From Candidatus Parcubacteria bacterium (GTDB taxonomy: Bacteria; Patescibacteriota; Minisyncoccia; Phycocordibacterales; SBAW01), in NCBI GenBank assembly GCA_019661855.1, contig JAIFWM010000001.1, positions 1 to 36,509 of the forward strand: 36,509 nucleotides of DNA, read 5' to 3'. Made by a program: the position numbers and the translations under genes. Within the stretch, counting starts at the first letter, position 1. Every line of letters begins with the position of its first letter. Shown piece by piece: positions 34,604 to 36,509 of the stretch. The notes under the pieces are model-generated. The model worked only from the letters and a program-made list of their open reading frames with translations, did no database searches and was not told the origin of the DNA.

Positions 34604-35142
34604 TGATTTGGTTTTAATAAGTCTTTAAATTTGGTACTTACCTTCTCAACTTTGGGAGCGATGACGAGTTGGCAGTAGCCGGCGTCCTTGTGTTTTTCGT
34701 AATATTTTTGATGATAGTCTTCGGCTTTGTAAAAAGTTTGCAGCGGCTCCACTGACGTCACAATAGGCTTTACAAACCCTTGCTGTAGGTTGCGCACATA
34801 GTGCTCGGACATCTCTTTTTGCCTTTGTGTCGTATAAAACACTGCCGGACGATACTGCGGACCGATGTCGCTACCTTGGCCATTGGCTTGCGTTGGATCG
34901 TGACTTGCAAAGTACACTTGCAGCAACTCAGGAAATGCAATGAAGTCGGGGTTGTAAACTACCTTAGCAGATTCAACATAGGGTGTAGTGCCGGTACTCA
35001 CCTCTTCGTAACTTGGACCTTTGTCATTTTTATATTTTGGGCCGGCATAGCCAGGGTCAACTGACTCAACTCCTTTGATCATTAAAAACACCGCCTCAGT
35101 GCACCAAAAGCATCCTCCGCCAAATACAATCGTCTCGTTCAT
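34600..35142 (-). CDS. msrA: Peptide methionine (S)-sulfoxide reductase
   Basis: The GGGCFWC active-site motif and conserved MsrA blocks are present. The protein is 180 aa. Confidence 0.95.
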   Translation of the reverse strand: MNETIVFGGGCFWCTEAVFLMIKGVESVDPGYAGPKYKNDKGPSYEEVSTGTTPYVESAKVVYNPDFIAFPELLQVYFASHDPTQANGQGSDIGPQYRPAVFYTTQRQKEMSEHYVRNLQQGFVKPIVTSVEPLQTFYKAEDYHQKYYEKHKDAGYCQLVIAPKVEKVSTKFKDLLKPNQ

Positions 35143-35148
35143 GAAGTA

Positions 35149-35154
35149 ATTATA
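35149..35154 (-). promoter_or_regulatory. Consensus -10 TATAAT, 6 nt upstream of msrA ATG 35142
   Basis: The minus strand reads TATAAT-tacttc-ATG. There is no SD sequence. Confidence 0.5.
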
Positions 35155-35218
35155 CTCTTTTCTATTTTTGTACTACTATTGCACCGGGTACAATCCGGAC
35201 AACTCTAAGGGAGCGTCC

Positions 35219-35425
35219 ATGATCTTAATCGTTGAAGCAGATCAATACCGTGCAGACCTCTATAAACAGAACTTGAGGAGCAACAACAAACTAACCAAGC
35301 GGGTTAGCGCTGAGCAAGCGAGACAAATACTTGCTTCACCGGAGCGAACATCTATCGAGCTTGTCTGCATTGGCGGCGCACACTACGATCTTGTTCAAGC
35401 AGACCTTGCTCTCAACAAAAAGTAG
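35219..35425 (+). CDS. 68-aa protein with a receiver-domain-like N-terminus (MILIVEAD) but no recognisable phospho-acceptor region
   Basis: An SD sequence AAGGGAG lies 5 nt before the ATG at 35219, and terminator 35441-35473 follows. The upstream part of ORF 35168-35425 lacks an RBS. Confidence 0.45.
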   Translation: MILIVEADQYRADLYKQNLRSNNKLTKRVSAEQARQILASPERTSIELVCIGGAHYDLVQADLALNKK

Positions 35426-35440
35426 ACACTGTCATGTATG

Positions 35441-35473
35441 ACCGCCGGCCCCTCGCCGGCGGTTATTCTTTTC
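35441..35473 (+). terminator. Rho-independent terminator
   Basis: Stem ACCGCCGGC/GCCGGCGGT with loop CCCTC, followed by TATTCTTTTCC. It overlaps the stop codon of the convergent HD gene. Confidence 0.7.
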
Positions 35474-36119
35474 CTTCCCACTCGGTTAAAAATCTTCGAA
35501 CATATTCTTCCATATATGTATGTCTCTCTTCTGCCATTGCTTTTCCAGTTTTTGTGTTCATTCGGTCCTTAAGCAGAAGTAACTTTTCATAAAAATGATT
35601 GAGAGACGAAGATTTATTTTTCTTATATTCCTCTGCAGATCCATGCAGCATGGGAGGAATGTTTGGGTTATATAGTTCCCTACTTTTAAAACCTCCATAA
35701 CTAAACGCGCGAGCAATTCCTATAGCCCCGAGTGCGTCGAGTCGGTCTGCATCTTGCACGATTTTTCCTTCGAGTGTAGAAATTTTGTTTTCAACTCCTG
35801 CACCCATGTATGAAATATGCTGAACAATATTGCACACATGGTCAATTGTTTCTTTTTCTACTCCTATATTCTGAAGCCACTCTCGCGCAACTTTTGGTCC
35901 AACAGTACTGTCGCCTCCTTGAAATTTCCAATCTGCAATATCATGCAGCAGGGCGGCAAATTCTATAACCTCCATATCTCCTCCCTCTTTTTCTCCAATA
36001 TGTTTAGCGTTCTGCCAGACGCGGTAAATATGCCACCAGTCATGACCTCCGTCGGTGCTTTTCATTTTTTCTTTCACAAACTCAACTGTTTTATCTATAT
36101 TCCCTTTCACGTGCACCAT
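35463..36119 (-). CDS. HD-domain metal-dependent phosphohydrolase (YedJ-like)
   Basis: The H...HD motif is present (WWHIYRV ... ALLHDIADWKF), with a later DADRLDALGAIG segment. The protein is 218 aa. Confidence 0.88.
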   Translation of the reverse strand: MVHVKGNIDKTVEFVKEKMKSTDGGHDWWHIYRVWQNAKHIGEKEGGDMEVIEFAALLHDIADWKFQGGDSTVGPKVAREWLQNIGVEKETIDHVCNIVQHISYMGAGVENKISTLEGKIVQDADRLDALGAIGIARAFSYGGFKSRELYNPNIPPMLHGSAEEYKKNKSSSLNHFYEKLLLLKDRMNTKTGKAMAEERHTYMEEYVRRFLTEWEGKE

Positions 36120-36138
36120 TATCTCATAAGTAACAATA

Positions 36139-36168
36139 TTGACTCTTTCGCTCGAAAGGTCCTATAAT
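36139..36168 (+). promoter_or_regulatory. Promoter TTGACT-18-TATAAT with the palindrome CTTTCG-CT-CGAAAG in its spacer
   Basis: The -35 hexamer is at 36139-36144 and the -10 at 36163-36168. GTG 36175 lies 6 nt after the -10. The palindrome spans 36145-36158. Confidence 0.6.
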
Positions 36169-36169
36169 C
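36141..36169. repeat. Copy 1 of a repeated promoter/operator-like module
   Basis: GACTCTTTCGCTCGAAAGGTCCTATAATC matches 36476-36504 at 24 of 29 positions. Confidence 0.8.
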
Positions 36170-36174
36170 CTCTC

Positions 36175-36450
36175 GTGGCAAAAACAGAATTGAAGGATAC
36201 GGAGAAAATCCATAAAGCACTCGCTAACCGGCGGCGACTTGCTGCAGTGCGATATCTCAAAAGCCGGAGAGAAGCTAACCTTACTGGCATTGCAGAGCAT
36301 CTTCACCTGTCTTATAAAGCGACTTCCAAACACCTCGCACTATTGATTGCTGCAGATATTGTTGAAAAAGAGCAACGGTCAGTGCAAATGTTTTTTAGAA
36401 TTTCAAAAAATATTCCTGACCTTGCCAAGCACACTTTGAGTGCACTGTAG
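36175..36450 (+). CDS. ArsR/SmtB-family winged-helix transcriptional regulator
   Basis: ALANRRRLAAVRYL...LTGIAEHLHLSYKATSKHLALLIAADIVEKEQRSVQMFFRI is the ArsR HTH pattern. The GTG 36175 start is chosen because the TTG at 36139 is the -35 hexamer. Confidence 0.8.
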   Translation: MAKTELKDTEKIHKALANRRRLAAVRYLKSRREANLTGIAEHLHLSYKATSKHLALLIAADIVEKEQRSVQMFFRISKNIPDLAKHTLSAL

Positions 36451-36475
36451 TTAAACACTTTTTCAACACTATATA

Positions 36476-36504
36476 GGCTCGTTCGCCCGAAAGGTCCCAT
36501 AACC
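36476..36504. repeat. Copy 2 of the repeated promoter/operator-like module
   Basis: GGCTCGTTCGCCCGAAAGGTCCCATAACC lies downstream of the ArsR gene at the right edge of the window. Confidence 0.8.
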
Positions 36505-36509
36505 ATCCT

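Overview
This is a gene-dense 36.5-kb fragment, mostly on the minus strand, from a bacterium that uses the standard genetic code (UGA acts as a stop inside ATGA stop/start overlaps). Three traits suggest a reduced-genome lineage such as CPR/Patescibacteria, but that placement is inference only: short proteins, many N-terminally anchored secreted proteins, and trimmed versions of conserved subunits. The recognisable core is as follows. (1) A complete F1Fo ATP synthase operon, atpB-E-F-H-A-G-D-C (7784-13610). (2) All three nucleotide-excision-repair genes: uvrC, uvrA and uvrB, with uvrB translationally coupled to tgt. (3) ddl, a class I/II aminotransferase, pterin-4a-carbinolamine dehydratase, an FKBP isomerase, msrA, a VKOR-family protein, an HD phosphohydrolase, an ArsR-type regulator and a flavodoxin-fold NAD(P)H oxidoreductase. 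(4) Secreted enzymes: a clan GH-A-like glycoside hydrolase, an HEXXHXXGXXH metalloprotease and a CAP-domain protein. (5) Three tRNAs: Pro-CGG, Val-CAC and Ala-UGC. No rRNA, CRISPR array, transposase or integrase is visible. The most interesting observations are these. (a) A -10 hexamer, often TGn-extended, lies exactly 6-7 nt upstream of about a dozen start codons, usually right after a terminator hairpin. This suggests widespread leaderless transcription, and it includes a 21-bp divergent spacer built around the palindrome AGTATACT. (b) A 3.4-kb block of unrecognisable or secreted genes, plus a 30-bp palindrome, separates uvrA from uvrB. (c) A single gene at 29056-29481 has about 60% G+C and near-exclusive AAG lysine codons, in a genome of roughly 46-50% G+C. 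(d) An orphan operon of unknown proteins lies directly downstream of the atp operon. (e) The ATP synthase delta and epsilon subunits are each only 78 aa. (f) Several well-punctuated hydrophobic micro-ORFs and candidate small RNAs or structured elements lie in intergenic regions. (g) A promoter/operator-like module is duplicated on both sides of the ArsR gene. All functional calls come from reading the translations for motifs by eye; no database search was possible.
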